NCBI GenBank assembly: GCA_965207535.1 | Contig: CBDBMR010000005.1 | Coordinates: 95,905-159,904 of the forward strand | Length of the DNA stretch: 64,000 nt | Direction: 5' to 3' | Source of the DNA: Rhodospirillales bacterium | Lineage (GTDB): Bacteria; Pseudomonadota; Alphaproteobacteria; Rhodospirillales; UBA2165 | The notes under the pieces: generated by a model | Database searches by the model: none | The model's input: the letters and a program-made list of their open reading frames with translations, nothing else | Told to the model about the DNA's origin: nothing | Position numbers and translations under genes: made by a program | Part shown: piece by piece, positions 53,721 to 62,595 of the stretch | Position numbering within the stretch: position 1 is the first letter of the stretch | Layout of the letters: every line of letters begins with the position of its first letter

Positions 53721-54341
53721 TCAGGTTTCATCGCCCCTGGGATCGCCTCTGAGGATATCACGTAGCCGCTGCACATGGGCCCGGGCGCCCGCCGCATTGG
53801 GATGAATTTTCAATACCTCCTTGAACGCGCGAAGCGCCGCTTCCGGCCGGTCGAGGGCCATGTTGATCAGGCCGAGGCCGGAAAGCGCGCCGAAGTGCCT
53901 GGGCTCCAGCGCCAGCGTCCGGGCGATGTCCCTCACCGACGCATCGAAGTTCTTCATCAGGTAGTGAACCGTCGCGCGCTTGTTCCAGCCTTCCGCGAAG
54001 CCCGGCGCCTCCCGGGTCACCCGGTCGAAGAACGCGAGAGCGGCACCAAACCGTCCGCCGTTCATGGCGGCGATACCGCGCGCCATGACCGCCTCCAGCT
54101 TCGCATCCTTGGGCTCCAGCCAAATCCGCCAGATGGCGGCCTCGAGGGAGCGCGCCTCGGCCGCATCCGCGGTTACCGCCAACCGGCCGAAGAGGATGTC
54201 GAGGCGGCCGTCCTCCTGATCGGCCAGCGCCGAACCCGGCGGCCCGCTCATAAGGAACACCGCCAGGAAAACCGCCAGAAGGGTAACGATCACCCAATGC
54301 CGGAGCGGGCGCATCCCCCGATCATCCGGGGACCGGCTCAT
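53721..54341 (-). CDS. Tetratricopeptide-repeat protein with an N-terminal signal/anchor
   Basis: The hydrophobic segment WVIVTLLAVFLAVFLM is followed by TPR-like helices (AEGWNKRATVHYLMKNFDASVRDIARTLALEP). The start could be 54341 or 54314. Confidence 0.65.
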   Translation of the reverse strand: MSRSPDDRGMRPLRHWVIVTLLAVFLAVFLMSGPPGSALADQEDGRLDILFGRLAVTADAAEARSLEAAIWRIWLEPKDAKLEAVMARGIAAMNGGRFGAALAFFDRVTREAPGFAEGWNKRATVHYLMKNFDASVRDIARTLALEPRHFGALSGLGLINMALDRPEAALRAFKEVLKIHPNAAGARAHVQRLRDILRGDPRGDET

Positions 54342-54364
54342 AGGCCAAATTGCGGCGCCCGCGG

Positions 54365-55660
54365 TCACAATCGGCGCGGGTCGGGCCCGCCGGTCGCCCA
54401 GTCGAGCAGCTCGACCGTATGAAAGACGTCGAGCCCGCCCTTCTGGCGCAAATGGTGCAGGCAGCCGATGTTGCCGGTGGCGACGACCTCGGCTTGGGTC
54501 CCGCGAATGGCGTCGATTTTCCGGGCCGCGAGCGCGTCGGCGATTTCGGGCTGGAAGATGTTGTAGCTGCCGGCCGATCCGCAGCAATGGGTCTCGGCCA
54601 GTTCGCCCACCCGGAACCCGGCCGCCGTCAGGAGCGCCCGGGGCTGAGCGGTAATCCCCTGGCCGTTCTTGAGCGAGCAGGCATCCTGGTAGGCGACCGC
54701 CGGCAGGGGGCCTTGCGCCGGCTCGCCCAGGTCCGGTTCGCCCATGCCGGGTTCGCCGAGGCCCAGTTCGCCGAGAATCTCCGAAATATCCCGCGTCAGG
54801 CCCGAGATCCGCCGCGCCTCGTCCGTATCGGCCATGTGGCCGTAATCCTTCACCACGGTTCCGCAGCCGGCCGCGTTGGTGACGATGGCGTCGACCCCGC
54901 CCGCCTCGATCTCCCGGCGCCAGGCGGCCAGATTGGCCTCCAGGGACCGGCCCGCGGCCTTCTCGTCGCCGAGATGATGGGTCAGCGCGCCGCAGCAGCC
55001 GGTGTTCTCCGCCACCACCACCTCACAGCCCAGCCGGTTGAGCAGCCGGATCGTCGCATCGTTGATATTGGGCCGCAGCACGTCCTGCACGCACCCCGGC
55101 AGCAGAAGCACCCGCATCCGGCGCGCGCCGTCGGCCGGATAGGTCCGGCCCATCCGATCGTCCGGCTTCGGCGGAAGATTTGCCGGCGCGAGGTCCAGCA
55201 TGGCCCGGACCTTGTTCCCGAGCATTCCGGCGAAAGGCCGCGCCAATCCCGACCATTTGAGCGCCAGGCGGGCCCGGCCGGGATGGGGCAGGATCATCGA
55301 AACGGCGCGGCGCAGCAGCCGCTCGAACCAGGGCCTGGTGTAATTCTTCTCGATATGAACCCGCGCGCTGTCCACATAGTGCTGATAGTGCACCCCGGAC
55401 GGACAGGCGTTCATGCAGGCGAGGCACGACAGGCAGCGGTCCACGTGATGCACGATTTCGTCCGCCGGCCGCCCGCCCGCCTGCAGCATGTCCTTGATCA
55501 TGTAGATGCGTCCGCGCGGGCTGTCCCGCTCGTCGCCGAGCAGCGCGTAGGTCGGGCAGGCCGACAGGCAGAACCCGCAATGAACGCAGTTCCGGAGGAT
55601 GGCGTTGGCCTCCATGATTGCGGGTTCGGCGAGTTGGGCCTCGGTGAAACTGGTCTGCAT
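54365..55660 (-). CDS. glcF: Glycolate oxidase iron-sulfur subunit
   Basis: CVHCGFCLSACPTY and CLSCLACMNACPSGV ferredoxin motifs, plus two CCG domains (PGCV.., QDACS..). Confidence 0.9.
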   Translation of the reverse strand: MQTSFTEAQLAEPAIMEANAILRNCVHCGFCLSACPTYALLGDERDSPRGRIYMIKDMLQAGGRPADEIVHHVDRCLSCLACMNACPSGVHYQHYVDSARVHIEKNYTRPWFERLLRRAVSMILPHPGRARLALKWSGLARPFAGMLGNKVRAMLDLAPANLPPKPDDRMGRTYPADGARRMRVLLLPGCVQDVLRPNINDATIRLLNRLGCEVVVAENTGCCGALTHHLGDEKAAGRSLEANLAAWRREIEAGGVDAIVTNAAGCGTVVKDYGHMADTDEARRISGLTRDISEILGELGLGEPGMGEPDLGEPAQGPLPAVAYQDACSLKNGQGITAQPRALLTAAGFRVGELAETHCCGSAGSYNIFQPEIADALAARKIDAIRGTQAEVVATGNIGCLHHLRQKGGLDVFHTVELLDWATGGPDPRRL

Positions 55661-55663
55661 GGC

Positions 55664-56854
55664 TCAGATTCCCGGATACATCCGGCCCGGATTCAAGACG
55701 TGCTCCGGATCGAAGCTTTCCTTGATCCGGGCCGACAAGGCGGCCACCCCGGCGGGAAGCTCCTCGAAGACGGCGACGCCGCTGCGGACCGAGGCGGGCG
55801 CTCTCATCAGCGTGGCGTGTCCCCCATCGGCGCGCGGCGGGGGCGGCGCCCCGTCATTGGACGCCGGCGCCGAAATCCACACCAGCCCCCCGCCCCAGTC
55901 GGTGTAATACTCGGCTTCGGGCGGCGGCGCATAGGGGCCTGCCGGCGGCACCGAGACGCGCCAGATCAGATTTTCGCTTTGCGGCAGCAGGGGATGAACG
56001 TCCCGGATTTCGGCCCATAGGGTCCTGGAGCGCGCGGTGTGAAGTTCCTCGGTCTCCCCGTACTCGCCCAGCAGCTTTCTCAGGGCTTCCGTCCGGGCGA
56101 TGACCGACGGCTCGGGGCCCTCGATCCGGAGCGCCGTGGCCGCGGTTCCCCCGCCGTTGACGTAATCGACCGCCGAGCGCGCCGCCGCGCCCGCCGGCAG
56201 GTGCGCCGCGCCGCTGACATCCGAGGGGCTGTTGAGGGCCGCCGACATGGCCTTCCGCGCATCTTCGCCGGAGAGGCCGAACACCAGGACGGTGCGCACC
56301 TTCTCCGGCGCCGGGAGAACCTTGACGGTGATGTCCGACATCACCGCCAGGGTGCCGAAGGACCCGGCGATGAGCTTGGAGAGGTCGAAGCCGGTCACGT
56401 TCTTCACCACCCGCCCGCCGGACTTGAAGGTCTCGCCCCGGCCGCTGACGGCGGTGAAACCCAGCAGATGATCCCGCGCCGCGCCGGCCTGAATGCGCCG
56501 GGGCCCCGCGAGGTTGCAGGCGATCACGCCGCCGAAGGTCCCTTCTCCCGCGGCGGCGCCATAGAGCGGCGCCCAGTCCGGCGGCTCGAAGGCCAGATGC
56601 TGGTTCCGCGCCGCCAACGCTTCGTTGATTTCGCTGATCGGCGTGCCCGCCGCCGCCGAGAGGACCAGCTCCTCCGGCTCATAGAGGTGGATGCCCCTGA
56701 CGCCGCTCAGGTCCAACTCCTGTTCCGCCTGTACCGGCCGGCCCCAGCCGCGCTTGGTGGCGTGGCCCCGAACCTCCATCGGGATGCCGTCGGCCAGCGC
56801 GCCGGCAACCGCCGCCTGGATTTCGCCGTGATCGCTGGGCGTCAGGACGCTCAC
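55664..56854 (-). CDS. glcE: Glycolate oxidase FAD-binding subunit
   Basis: FAD_binding_4-type protein located between glcD and glcF (VKNVTGFDLSKLIAGSFGTLAV). Confidence 0.85.
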   Translation of the reverse strand: MSVLTPSDHGEIQAAVAGALADGIPMEVRGHATKRGWGRPVQAEQELDLSGVRGIHLYEPEELVLSAAAGTPISEINEALAARNQHLAFEPPDWAPLYGAAAGEGTFGGVIACNLAGPRRIQAGAARDHLLGFTAVSGRGETFKSGGRVVKNVTGFDLSKLIAGSFGTLAVMSDITVKVLPAPEKVRTVLVFGLSGEDARKAMSAALNSPSDVSGAAHLPAGAAARSAVDYVNGGGTAATALRIEGPEPSVIARTEALRKLLGEYGETEELHTARSRTLWAEIRDVHPLLPQSENLIWRVSVPPAGPYAPPPEAEYYTDWGGGLVWISAPASNDGAPPPPRADGGHATLMRAPASVRSGVAVFEELPAGVAALSARIKESFDPEHVLNPGRMYPGI

Positions 56855-56857
56855 CGG

Positions 56858-58357
56858 TCAGAACCGGGGAATGTCGGGGAAACGGGTTTCGCCGTGATGC
56901 ACGTGCACCCGGCCGAGTTCCGCGCACCGGTGGAGGGTCGGGAACACCTTGCCCGGATTGAGCAGGCTGTCCGGGTCGAAGGCGCATTTGACCCGCTGCT
57001 GCTGCTTCAGGTCGTCCTCGGTGAACATGGCGCCCATCAGGTCGCGCTTCTCGACGCCGACCCCGTGCTCGCCGGTGAGCACGCCGCCCACCTCGACGCA
57101 CAGCCTGAGAATTTCGGCGCCGAACTCTTCGGCCGCCGCCAGTTCGCCGGGCTCGTTGGCGTCATACATGATCAGAGGATGGAGGTTGCCGTCGCCGGCG
57201 TGGAAGACGTTGGCCACCCCGAGACCGTACTTTTCCGAAAGCTCGGAGATGCGGGTCAGCACTTCGGGCAGACGCGCCCTGGGAATGGTGCCGTCCATGC
57301 AGTAGTAATCCGGCGTGATCCGTCCCACCGCCGGAAAAGCGGCCTTGCGCCCGGCCCAGAAATTCTCCCGCTCCTCGTCGTTTTCGGAGATGCGGAAATA
57401 GCCGGCGCCGGCCCCCTCGGCGATCTCCCTGACCCGGCCGATGAGGTAGTCGACCTCCGCCGCCGGCCCGTCCAGTTCGACGATCAGCAGCGCCTCCACG
57501 TCGAGGGGGTAGCCTGCGTGCACGAACTCCTCCGTCGCCGCGATGGCCGGGCGGTCCATCATCTCCATGCCGCCGGGAATGATGCCTGCGCCGATCACCG
57601 CGCCGACGCAGTCGCCGGCGGCGGCCGCACTATCGAACCCGATGAGCGCCGCCCGGGCGGTTTCCGGTTTCCTCAGGATCCGGACCGTCACTTCGGTGAT
57701 CACGCCCAGCAAGCCTTCCGAGCCGTTGATCAGGCCGAGGATGTCGTAGCCGCCGGAATCCAGATGCTTGCCGCCGAGACGGATGATCTCGCCGTCCATC
57801 ATCACCATCTCGACGCCCAGCACGTTGTTGGTGGTGAGGCCGTATTTCAGGCAATGCACGCCGCCCGAATTCTCGGCCACGTTGCCGCCGATGGAACAGA
57901 CGATCTGGCTCGACGGATCGGGGGCGTAATGGAACCCGTCGGCCGCCACCGCTTCGGAGATGGCGAGGTTGGTGACGCCCGGCTGGGTCACGACGCAGCG
58001 GTTGGCATAGTCGACATCGAGGATGCGGTTGAACTTGCCGAGGCCCAGCATCACCGCGTCCGCCAGCGGCAGCGCGCCGCCCGACAGCGAGGTGCCCGAG
58101 CCCCGGGCCACCACCTTGGTGCCGGTCTCGTGACAGTATGCGAGGATGTCGGATACCTGCTCCGTGGTCTCCGGCAGCACCACCACCATGGGAAGCTGCC
58201 GGTAGGCCGACAGGCCGTCGCACTCGTAGGCCGACAGGGTGTTGGCGTCGTCGATCACCCCGTCGCCCAGGGGCCCGGGGGGGACGATCTCCCTGAGCCT
58301 GGCGACGATCTCCTGGCGGCGCGCGAGGGTCGCCTGATCGGGTGCCGGCATTTTCAT
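56858..58357 (-). CDS. glcD: Glycolate oxidase subunit GlcD (FAD-linked oxidase)
   Basis: VVARGSGTSLSGGALP...GVHCLKYG...GDGNLHP...GVLTGEHGVG. The start may be 58357 or 58351. Confidence 0.9.
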   Translation of the reverse strand: MKMPAPDQATLARRQEIVARLREIVPPGPLGDGVIDDANTLSAYECDGLSAYRQLPMVVVLPETTEQVSDILAYCHETGTKVVARGSGTSLSGGALPLADAVMLGLGKFNRILDVDYANRCVVTQPGVTNLAISEAVAADGFHYAPDPSSQIVCSIGGNVAENSGGVHCLKYGLTTNNVLGVEMVMMDGEIIRLGGKHLDSGGYDILGLINGSEGLLGVITEVTVRILRKPETARAALIGFDSAAAAGDCVGAVIGAGIIPGGMEMMDRPAIAATEEFVHAGYPLDVEALLIVELDGPAAEVDYLIGRVREIAEGAGAGYFRISENDEERENFWAGRKAAFPAVGRITPDYYCMDGTIPRARLPEVLTRISELSEKYGLGVANVFHAGDGNLHPLIMYDANEPGELAAAEEFGAEILRLCVEVGGVLTGEHGVGVEKRDLMGAMFTEDDLKQQQRVKCAFDPDSLLNPGKVFPTLHRCAELGRVHVHHGETRFPDIPRF

Positions 58358-58461
58358 GACGCCGCCAGTGTAGAAAGGTTGCGGGGTTCTAAAAAGCAAA
58401 ACCGCGCCCGGCGGGCGCGGCCGCGATTTCCGCGTCGGGCCGCCGAATGCGGGGCAGGGTT

Positions 58462-58587
58462 TAGCCTTGGCGGGCCTTGAACCTGGGGTTGCGCTTGTTG
58501 ATCACGTACAGGCGGCCGCGGCGGCGCACCACGCGGCAGCCCTTTTCCCGCAGCTTCGCCGACTTGAGCGAGTTTCGTACCTTCATG
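58462..58587 (-). CDS. rpmJ: 50S ribosomal protein L36 (Cys-poor YkgO-like type); absent from the ORF track because it is under 60 aa
   Basis: Manual translation gives [41 protein letters not shown] (41 aa), a near-canonical L36. Confidence 0.9.
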
Positions 58588-58782
58588 ATCGCACCCGATG
58601 GTCAGATCGAACGCGCCGCCCTTGGTCTGTCCCGGGGATTGTCCGGGGGACCGTCCGGGCGGCGAAGTCGCGGGAACATAAGGGCCGGGTACGCCCGTGT
58701 CAACGTCCCCGCCGGCCATATTTCCCGAATTGCCTAAGCCGCCCGTTTGGGGTGAAATGGGGTCAACGGAGAGGAGATTCAA

Positions 58783-59406
58783 ATGGACGGTCAATCGGCC
58801 GGCCCGGCCGGATCCGCCGGGGCCGCTCAAGCCAAGGACAGGGATGACGTGCCCACCCGCGGCGTTCATCACCTTGCGCTGACCACCGAGGACATGAAGG
58901 CCACCGTCGAGTTCTATACCGGCGTGCTGGGCATGAAGCTGGTCCACGCCATGAAGGTGCCGGAGGGCATCGGCACGGTGAACAACCGGGGCAACCCGCC
59001 CTGGGAGCGGCTGCGCCATTATTTCTTCGACATGGGCGGCGACAGCCTCTATGCGTTCTTCGAAATTCCTCGTGGCGAGCGCCCGCAGACCGACCGGGAC
59101 GCCATCGGCGGGATGCAGCATGTGGCCTTCGCCTGCACCGCCGAGCGGTTCCAGGATATCCAGGACCGCCTGAAGGCCCACGGCGTCCCCGCCGACGGGC
59201 CCATCGAAATCCTCCCCGGCATCTGGTCGGTCTACTTTCACGACAATAACGACATCCGGCTCGAAGCCTGCTGCAAACTGGACGAAGGCGATGCGCAGGG
59301 CGTCGTCGTCAGCGTCACCCAGACGAAGGCCGAAGCGGCGGAGGAACTGCTGACCCTCGGCGATAATGATTGGATCGACAAGGTCGCCCCTAACCTCAAA
59401 AGCTGA
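58783..59406 (+). CDS. VOC (glyoxalase/bleomycin-resistance/dioxygenase) family protein
   Basis: VHHLALTTEDMKATVEFYTGVLGMKL...MQHVAFA...YFHDNNDIRLE. GGAGAGGAG lies upstream of the ATG. Confidence 0.75.
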   Translation: MDGQSAGPAGSAGAAQAKDRDDVPTRGVHHLALTTEDMKATVEFYTGVLGMKLVHAMKVPEGIGTVNNRGNPPWERLRHYFFDMGGDSLYAFFEIPRGERPQTDRDAIGGMQHVAFACTAERFQDIQDRLKAHGVPADGPIEILPGIWSVYFHDNNDIRLEACCKLDEGDAQGVVVSVTQTKAEAAEELLTLGDNDWIDKVAPNLKS

Positions 59407-59533
59407 TTGTCCGGCAAGGGAGTTGAAGTTCCGCGCACCGGACATGATTCCGGTAGATCCCGTTTCGGCGGGACTTGGAATCTGCTTCCAACGAAAATTT
59501 CGGATTCGGCCCGATCGTGTGCGCCGGTATAGG

Positions 59534-59563
59534 CATTTATGGTCATTTATGGACATTTGATGA
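59534..59563. repeat. 10-bp direct repeat, 3 copies (CATTTATGGT / CATTTATGGA / CATTTGATGA)
   Basis: Read directly from the sequence. The period equals one helical turn, and the array sits in a relatively AT-rich patch. Confidence 0.7.
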
Positions 59564-59627
59564 CTTGGTTAAATTCCAATTCGGGGCTTGTGGCGCATTT
59601 TTGTGCGCGGGAACCACAGGCAAAATC

Positions 59628-59666
59628 ATGTGGCAAATTCATGGGGCGAAACCATGGGGCGGAACC
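59628..59666. repeat. 13-bp direct repeat, 3 copies (ATGTGGCAAATTC / ATGGGGCGAAACC / ATGGGGCGGAACC)
   Basis: Read directly from the sequence. A partial fourth unit (CGCGAACCATG) follows. Confidence 0.65.
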
Positions 59667-59750
59667 CGCGAACCATGCTCCCTTATCGATATGTGCGATC
59701 GGCCGCCCGATGCCAGTCCCCCACCCCCGTCGAGGGAGAGAGGCTGCAAA

Positions 59751-59943
59751 TTTACCACAGAGCACACAGAGACCACGGAGGTTGGGAGGAGAGGTTTCGG
59801 TCCCGGCGCTCCTCACTGTCTCACCGTCTCCGTGGTTCGAGAATTGGAAATGCGGATACCCCGGACTTACGCCGGGGTATGACGAGTGGATATACGACAC
59901 AAACCAGGCCGTCATGCCCCGACTTGTTCGGGGCATCCACGCC
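59751..59943 (-). repeat. Composite REP-like repeat cluster R2 (reverse orientation of R1)
   Basis: GAGAATTGGAAATGCGGATACCCCGGACTTACGCCGGGGTATGACGAGTGGATATACGACACAAACCAGGCCGTCATGCCCCGACTTGTTCGGGGCATCCACGCC closely matches the reverse complement of 38091-38190. The ACCACAGAG...CTCCGTGGT long hairpin is also shared. Confidence 0.85.
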
Positions 59944-59945
59944 TT

Positions 59946-59975
59946 AGGCGGGATCAGGCGGGATCAGGCGGGATG
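59946..59975. repeat. 10-bp tandem repeat, 3 copies (AGGCGGGATC, last unit AGGCGGGATG)
   Basis: Read directly from the sequence. Confidence 0.75.
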
Positions 59976-60114
59976 ATGAAAGTTGCTGCCGGGGCGGGAC
60001 CGGTCGGCTAGAATTCCTCGGAAGGCCAAACACGGGCATGACGCCGGGATACGCCCCCCGCGGCATGCCGGAGGCACCGGCCGCTTGCTCCGATCCGAAA
60101 CGGCGCACGGGCGA

Positions 60115-60129
60115 CTAGAGCCGATCTAG
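60115..60129. repeat. 15-bp CTAGAGCCGATCTAG, which looks like the two fused termini of the 141-bp repeat
   Basis: CTAGAGCCGATC equals the first 12 nt of copy B, and GATCTAG equals its last 7 nt. It lies 10 nt upstream of the ATG at 60140. Confidence 0.5.
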
Positions 60130-60139
60130 GGAGGTAGAC

Positions 60140-61237
60140 ATGCCCTCATCCACCGGAGACGTGCTGTTGGTCGGCAGCGTTCCCTTCGACACGGTCGACG
60201 AAGTTATCCGGACCTGCGCCGGATCGCTCGGCGCCCGCGCCTATGCCTTGCCCGACGGCGAGATCGGCCACCGCAGGAACTGGATCCAGGCGCTGCCGCA
60301 CCTGACCTATTCCAAGAACCCGGATCTCGACCCGATCCGCGTGGTGGCGCCCGAAGACGTCAAGAACCCGCCGAACCACGATCCGGAGTTGATGAAGGCG
60401 ACGCGCGGCACCTTCAAGCTGAAGGCCGGCGTGACGGAGACGGCGCTCGATTTGCCCTATGGCCGGGAAGCCATCAACTCGTACGGCATCTACGAACGGT
60501 TGCGCGACGAGGGTAGGGTGGCCCCCGGCGTGCCCTTCCAGGTGTCGCTGCCCTGCACCGTGGACGGCACGGTCGGCTTCTTTCCCGACCCGGCGGATCA
60601 TCCCGTCGTCATGCGCGCATACGAGCGGGCCATCCAGCGGAATATCTCGGATATCCTCCAATACATCCCGGCGGAAGACCTCGTCATCCAGTGGGACTAC
60701 TGCTCGGAGGTGCTCGACATCATGGGCGCCCGGCGGAAGTACCTGGACGGCAAATCCGGCATCGAACAGCTGACCCAGGAAGACGCCATCCGGAAGTACA
60801 CGTCGCCGGAATATCTCGCGCCCATGACCGGGACCATCCCGGAGGCGGTGCCCATGGGCTACCACCTGTGCTACGGCACGTGGGGCGGCTGGCCGATGAC
60901 CGAAGTGGACGACCTCGGCCTGTGCGTGCGCTTGTCGAACGATCTCTCGGCCAACACCCCCCGGCGGGTCGATTTCTTCCACCTGCCGGCGATGCGTGAA
61001 GCGGACGAAGCGTTTTTCCGCCCGCTCCGGAACCTGAACGTCGGCGGCGCCAAGATCTTTCTCGGTATCGAGCTGGCGGACGGCGTCGACGAGATGATGC
61101 GCCGGGCCGATGCCGCGCGGAAATTCCTGCCGGACTTCGGCGTCGCGCACTATTGCGGCTATGGCCGCGAGACGCCCGGGCGGGTGCGCGAACTGCTGAC
61201 CGACATCGCGGAGGGAGCCGACCGAATCGCCGGTTGA
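60140..61237 (+). CDS. Hypothetical protein, possibly MetE/UROD-like TIM-barrel fold
   Basis: 365-aa ORF with GGAGG upstream. The candidate metal-ligand pattern YHLCYG ... AHYCGYG resembles cobalamin-independent methionine-synthase-like proteins, but the family assignment is tentative. Confidence 0.55.
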   Translation: MPSSTGDVLLVGSVPFDTVDEVIRTCAGSLGARAYALPDGEIGHRRNWIQALPHLTYSKNPDLDPIRVVAPEDVKNPPNHDPELMKATRGTFKLKAGVTETALDLPYGREAINSYGIYERLRDEGRVAPGVPFQVSLPCTVDGTVGFFPDPADHPVVMRAYERAIQRNISDILQYIPAEDLVIQWDYCSEVLDIMGARRKYLDGKSGIEQLTQEDAIRKYTSPEYLAPMTGTIPEAVPMGYHLCYGTWGGWPMTEVDDLGLCVRLSNDLSANTPRRVDFFHLPAMREADEAFFRPLRNLNVGGAKIFLGIELADGVDEMMRRADAARKFLPDFGVAHYCGYGRETPGRVRELLTDIAEGADRIAG

Positions 61238-61343
61238 CCGAATAATGCGCCCCGCCCCTAATGCACCCGCCCCGGCCCTACCCTGCGCCGGGCTCTCCGG
61301 TTAGACTAGGTGCGGGCGAATACGATAGGAGAAGGAGACCGGC

Positions 61344-61817
61344 ATGAGCGGACAATCGGAAGGCCGATCGAAGGGCCAAACAGCAGGCCAATCGGAAGGC
61401 AAGACGCCGGGATATGCCCCGCACGACATGCTGGAGGCGCTGTCGTCCCGCTTCGTGGATCCGGATGCGATCCCGTGGGACGAGGCCAAGCCGGGCCAGC
61501 GCGCCAAGGTGCTCTACAAGGACGACGCGGCCAGGGAGGCCTGGGTTCTGGTGGAGACCGACCCGGGCTTCGTCATCGAGGACCATCTGCACACCGGCCT
61601 CGAATGCACCTTCGTGCTCGAAGGCTCCATGGTCGACCAGGAAGGCACCTGCGAGGCGGGCAATTTCGTCTGGCGGCCCGAGGGCAGCCGCCACGAAGTG
61701 ACCACGCCCGACGGGTCCAGGTTCCTCACCTATTTCCGGGGCGGCGCCATGAACATGAAGACGGGCCGGGTCTTCCCCGATTTCGGAGCCGAGGCCGGTA
61801 AAGAGGCCGCGGAGTAG
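61344..61817 (+). CDS. ChrR-like cupin domain protein
   Basis: FVIEDHLHTGLECTFVLEGSMVD...FVWRPEGSRHEV, a cupin_7/ChrR C-terminal-like pattern. The N-terminal 25 aa are low complexity (SEGRSKGQTAGQSEGK). Confidence 0.65.
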   Translation: MSGQSEGRSKGQTAGQSEGKTPGYAPHDMLEALSSRFVDPDAIPWDEAKPGQRAKVLYKDDAAREAWVLVETDPGFVIEDHLHTGLECTFVLEGSMVDQEGTCEAGNFVWRPEGSRHEVTTPDGSRFLTYFRGGAMNMKTGRVFPDFGAEAGKEAAE

Positions 61818-61840
61818 GAGGCGGCGACCGGCGCCAAATG

Positions 61841-62175
61841 AAGAACGTCATCACCGGGCTTGACCCGGTGATCCACGTGGATGCCCGTGTCAAGCACGGG
61901 CATGACGGCTTCCTGAACCAGAGAGACAGTGAGACGGTGAGGAGTTAACTATTCCTACTCTGTGATCTCTGTGATCTCGGTGGTAAAATCCTGTTCCCCC
62001 TCACCCAGCGCCAAATAAAGAACGTCATGGCCGGGCCCACTGGACCGGCTTTGCCGGGCCAGCCGGCAAAGTGGCCCGGCCATCCACGTGGATGCCCGTG
62101 TCAAGCACGGGCATGACGCGTGATGCTGAATTAAAGAAGGTCGTCATCACCGGGCTTTGACCCGGTGATCCACGT
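61841..62175 (+). repeat. Composite REP-like repeat cluster R3
   Basis: GTCATCACCGGGCTTGACCCGGTGATCCACG (twice), GGATGCCCGTGTCAAGCACGGGCATGACG (twice), GTCATGGCCGGGC..GCCCGGCCATCCACG, and the CAGAGAGACAGTGAGAC...GTGATCTCGGTGG long hairpin related to R1 and R2. Confidence 0.85.
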
Positions 62176-62394
62176 AAGCCCGTCCCCTACCAGCGGATGG
62201 CGCCGGTGAGCATCGCTTCCACGCAGCAGAAATCGGCGACGAATTTTCCGACCGGATGTTGCCTCCGAAACTTGTGACCACCGAGTTGGCGGTTGCGAAT
62301 GGCCGCTCAGAATTTCTTCTCGGCCTCGGTAGAGTCCCGGCGCAGCTTTCGGGGCAATGTATTGGCCATGCCTGATCGTAGCATGTCTTGATAT

Positions 62395-62595
62395 CACCCT
62401 CACCCCGACCCTCTCCCTCAGGGAGGGAGAGGGAGCTTGCCGTGCTCCCTCTCCCCCAAATCATGGGGGCCAGGGAACACGATAGAAAAGGAACGTGAAG
62501 GGCGAGGGGGGAACCACGCATCCCCCCCCCTCGCCTTGGTCAATTCCCTGCGGGAAATGACCGACCTCTCCCCCTGAAAAGGGGGAGAGGGGGAC
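62395..62595. repeat. Cluster of three GC-rich hairpins of the CCCTCTCCC...GGGAGAGGG type
   Basis: CCCTCTCCCTCAGGGAGGGAGAGGG; GGGCGAGGGGGG-N10-CCCCCCCCCTCGCC; CCTCTCCCCCTGAAAAGGGGGAGAGG. Confidence 0.8.

Noticed and set aside
54350-56020. 556-aa plus-strand ORF
   Set aside because: It is antisense to glcF/glcE and has no recognisable motifs. It has the same GC-driven shadow-ORF composition.
56039-58480. 813-aa plus-strand ORF, the longest in the track
   Set aside because: It is antisense to glcD and glcE, whose minus-strand translations carry unmistakable FAD-linked oxidase motifs. The plus-strand product is Arg/Gly/Ala/Pro/His-rich low-complexity sequence, typical of shadow ORFs in GC-rich DNA.
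58354-59556. 400-aa minus-strand ORF spanning the rpmJ region and the VOC gene
   Set aside because: It runs out of frame across rpmJ and antisense through the VOC gene. It gives no family signal, and the real content of the region is rpmJ (-) and the VOC gene (+).
59534-59975. Possible CRISPR array, given several short direct repeats
   Set aside because: The repeat units are 10-13 bp and contiguous, with no spacers. There are only three copies of each, three unrelated unit sequences are involved, and no cas genes are present. These are tandem repeats, not CRISPR.
62131-62521. 90-aa and 124-aa minus-strand ORFs in the 62.1-62.5 kb region
   Set aside because: They are composed almost entirely of translated palindromic repeat units (GEGRGEG-type, LDPVIH-type), which are known artefacts of REP-like sequences.
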